DNA from: Pristiophorus japonicus
Taxonomy: Eukaryota
Assembly (NCBI RefSeq): GCF_044704955.1
Contig: NC_091995.1
Coordinates: forward strand, 47,430,001 to 47,494,000
Length of the DNA: 64,000 nucleotides
Direction of reading: 5' to 3'
Shown: piece by piece, positions 62,159 through 64,000 of the stretch
How positions within the stretch are numbered: position 1 is the first letter of the stretch
Layout: each line of letters starts with the position of its first letter
Notes under the pieces: generated by a model
Told to the model about the DNA's origin: nothing
Database searches by the model: none
What the model saw: the letters and a program-made list of their open reading frames with translations, nothing else
Position numbers and translations under genes: made by a program

Positions 62159-63550
62159 TCTGTAGTGGGAAAAATGCTTGAAGCTATCATTAAGGAAGAA
62201 ATAGCGGGAGAGCTAGATAGAAATCGTGCAATCAAGCAGACGCAACATGGATTCATGAAGGGGAAATCATGTTTAACTAATTTACTGGAATTCTTTGAGG
62301 ATATAACGAGCATGGTGGATAGAGGTGTACCGATGGATGTGGTGTATTTAGATTTCCAAAAGGCATTCGATAAGGTGCCACACAAAAGGTTACTGCAGAA
62401 GAAAAAGGTACGCAGAGTCAGAGGAAATGTATTAGCATGGATAGAGAATTGTCTGGCTAACAGAAAGCATAGAGTCGGGATAAATGGGTTCTTTTCGGGT
62501 TGGAAATCAGTGGTTAGTGGTGTACCACAGGGATCGGTGCTGGGACCACAACTGTTTACAATATACATAGATGACCTGGAAGAGGGGACAGAGAGTAGTG
62601 TAACAAAATTTGCAGATGACACAAAGATTAGTGGGAAAGCGGGTTGTGTAGAGGACACAGAGAGGCTGCAAAGAGATTTAGATAGGTTAAGCGAATGGGC
62701 TAAGGTTTGGCAGATGGAATACAATGTCGGAAAGTGTGAAGTCATCCACCTTGGAAAAAAAACAGTAGAAGGGAATATTATTTGAATGGGGAGAAATTAC
62801 AACATGCTGCGGTGCAGAGGGACCTCGGGGTCCTTGTGCATGAATCCCAAAAAGTTAGTTTGCAGGTGCAGCAGGTAATCAGGAAGGTGAATGGAATGTT
62901 GGCCTTCATTGCGAGAGGGATGGAGTACAAAAGCAGGGAGATCCTACTGCAACTGTACAGGGTATTGGTGAGGCTGCACCTGGAGTACTGTGTGCAGTTT
63001 TGGTCACCTTACTTAAGGAAGGATATATTAGCTTTGGAGGGGGTACAGAGACGATTCACTTGGCTGATTCCGGTGTTGAGGGGGTTACCTTATGATGATA
63101 GATTGAGTAGACTGGGTCTTTACTCCTTGGAGTTCAGAAGGATGCGGGAAGATCGTATGGAAACATTTAAGATAATGAAAGGGATAGACAAGATAGAGGC
63201 AGAGAGGTTGTTTCCACTGGTCGGGGAGACTAGAACTAGGGGGCACAGCCTCAAAATATGGGGGAGCCAATTTAAAACCGAGTTGAGAGGGAATTTCTTC
63301 TCTCAGAGGGTTGTGAATCTGTGGAATTCTCTGCCCAAGGAAGCAGTTGAGGCTAGCTCATTGAATGTATTCAAATCACAGATAGATAGATTTTTAACCA
63401 ATAAGGGAATTAATGGTTACGGGGAGCGGGCGGGTAAGTGGAGCTGAGTCCACGGGCAGATCAGCCATGATCTTGTTGAATGGTGGAGCAGGCTCAAGGG
63501 GCTAGATGGCCTACTCCTGTTCCTAATTCTTATGTTCTTATGTTCTTATG
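62159..63550 (+). mobile_element. CR1 LINE, 3' part (RT and tail), continuation of 54961-57842
   Basis: Resumes SVVGKMLEAIIKE; YLDFQKAFDKV, FADDTK; tail (ttcttatg)3. Confidence 0.92.
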
Positions 63551-64000
63551 TAATCGGAGTTTCGGACTTACTAAACTCTTATTAATATGAATGTGAATAT
63601 ATTATATCTGATTGGCTGCCCAGAGCCATGTGACTCCAGCACCAGGCCTGCGCACGTCCTGAAATGCATGCACTGCGATGCGCAGGGAGAGGAGGCCTGT
63701 GGATTCGAAAGTCGAGCGGGCACAGCAGCTTCAGGTAGGTGTGCATTTTTTCTCTAAAATCTAGTCGAACACCCGAGGGAAGGAGAAAACGGAATTTCTA
63801 TGCCATTAACATTAATTTCAATTAATTTTAAATATGTGTGGTCTGTTTTTTATTTTGTATTATTTTGTGTGTTTGGTTTTGTTCCCATTAATAGCACTGA
63901 GAATTCGTCGATACGCGAGTCCCAGTGCTATTAATTGGAACCTGTGAAATACTTACCTGATTGGTTGAGCAGTCACACGTGACTGCATCTTCTGCGTGGG

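Larger units (their letters stand above)
54049..64000 (+). mobile_element. Two nested copies of a non-autonomous DNA transposon (MITE-like) family
   Basis: About 395-bp similar starts ggtagaaattcc near 54050 and 54448; inverted end ggaatttcta at 63791-63800; outer copy appears to resume near 63806. Confidence 0.65.

Noticed and set aside
61961-62785. 274-aa RT ORF with a novel N-terminus
   Set aside because: Chance fusion across the junction of the antisense CR1 5'UTR and the interrupted plus-strand CR1

Overview
Repeat-rich vertebrate genomic DNA. A cartilaginous fish (shark) origin is inferred from the CR1 subfamilies, Penelope-type elements, a Deu-type SINE and a GPR139-like receptor. The main feature is a 10.5-kb provirus on the minus strand (5541-16046) with 1316-bp LTRs about 2.5% diverged, a 4-bp TSD (CTCG) and a tRNA-Arg PBS, inserted into a CR1 LINE. 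Its architecture is retrovirus-like: coiled-coil plus capsid plus CCHC Gag, an in-frame UGA-CUAG gag/pol junction, PR-RT-tether-RNase H-IN Pol, and an env-like gene that appears to start with an immunoglobulin domain. It best fits the lokiretrovirus-like group (inference). Host sequences are an orphan MHC-type X1-X2-Y promoter with a signal-peptide exon (3847-4048), a six-exon non-classical MHC class I-like gene with frameshifts in alpha3 (28227-38610), and a GPR139-like GPCR pseudogene (41440-42322, minus). The rest is nested CR1 LINEs, Penelope-like elements with minimal hammerhead ribozyme motifs, Harbinger remnants, MITEs, a solo LTR, a 30-bp minisatellite and purine/pyrimidine tracts. All calls were made by eye; boundaries of degenerate repeats are approximate.
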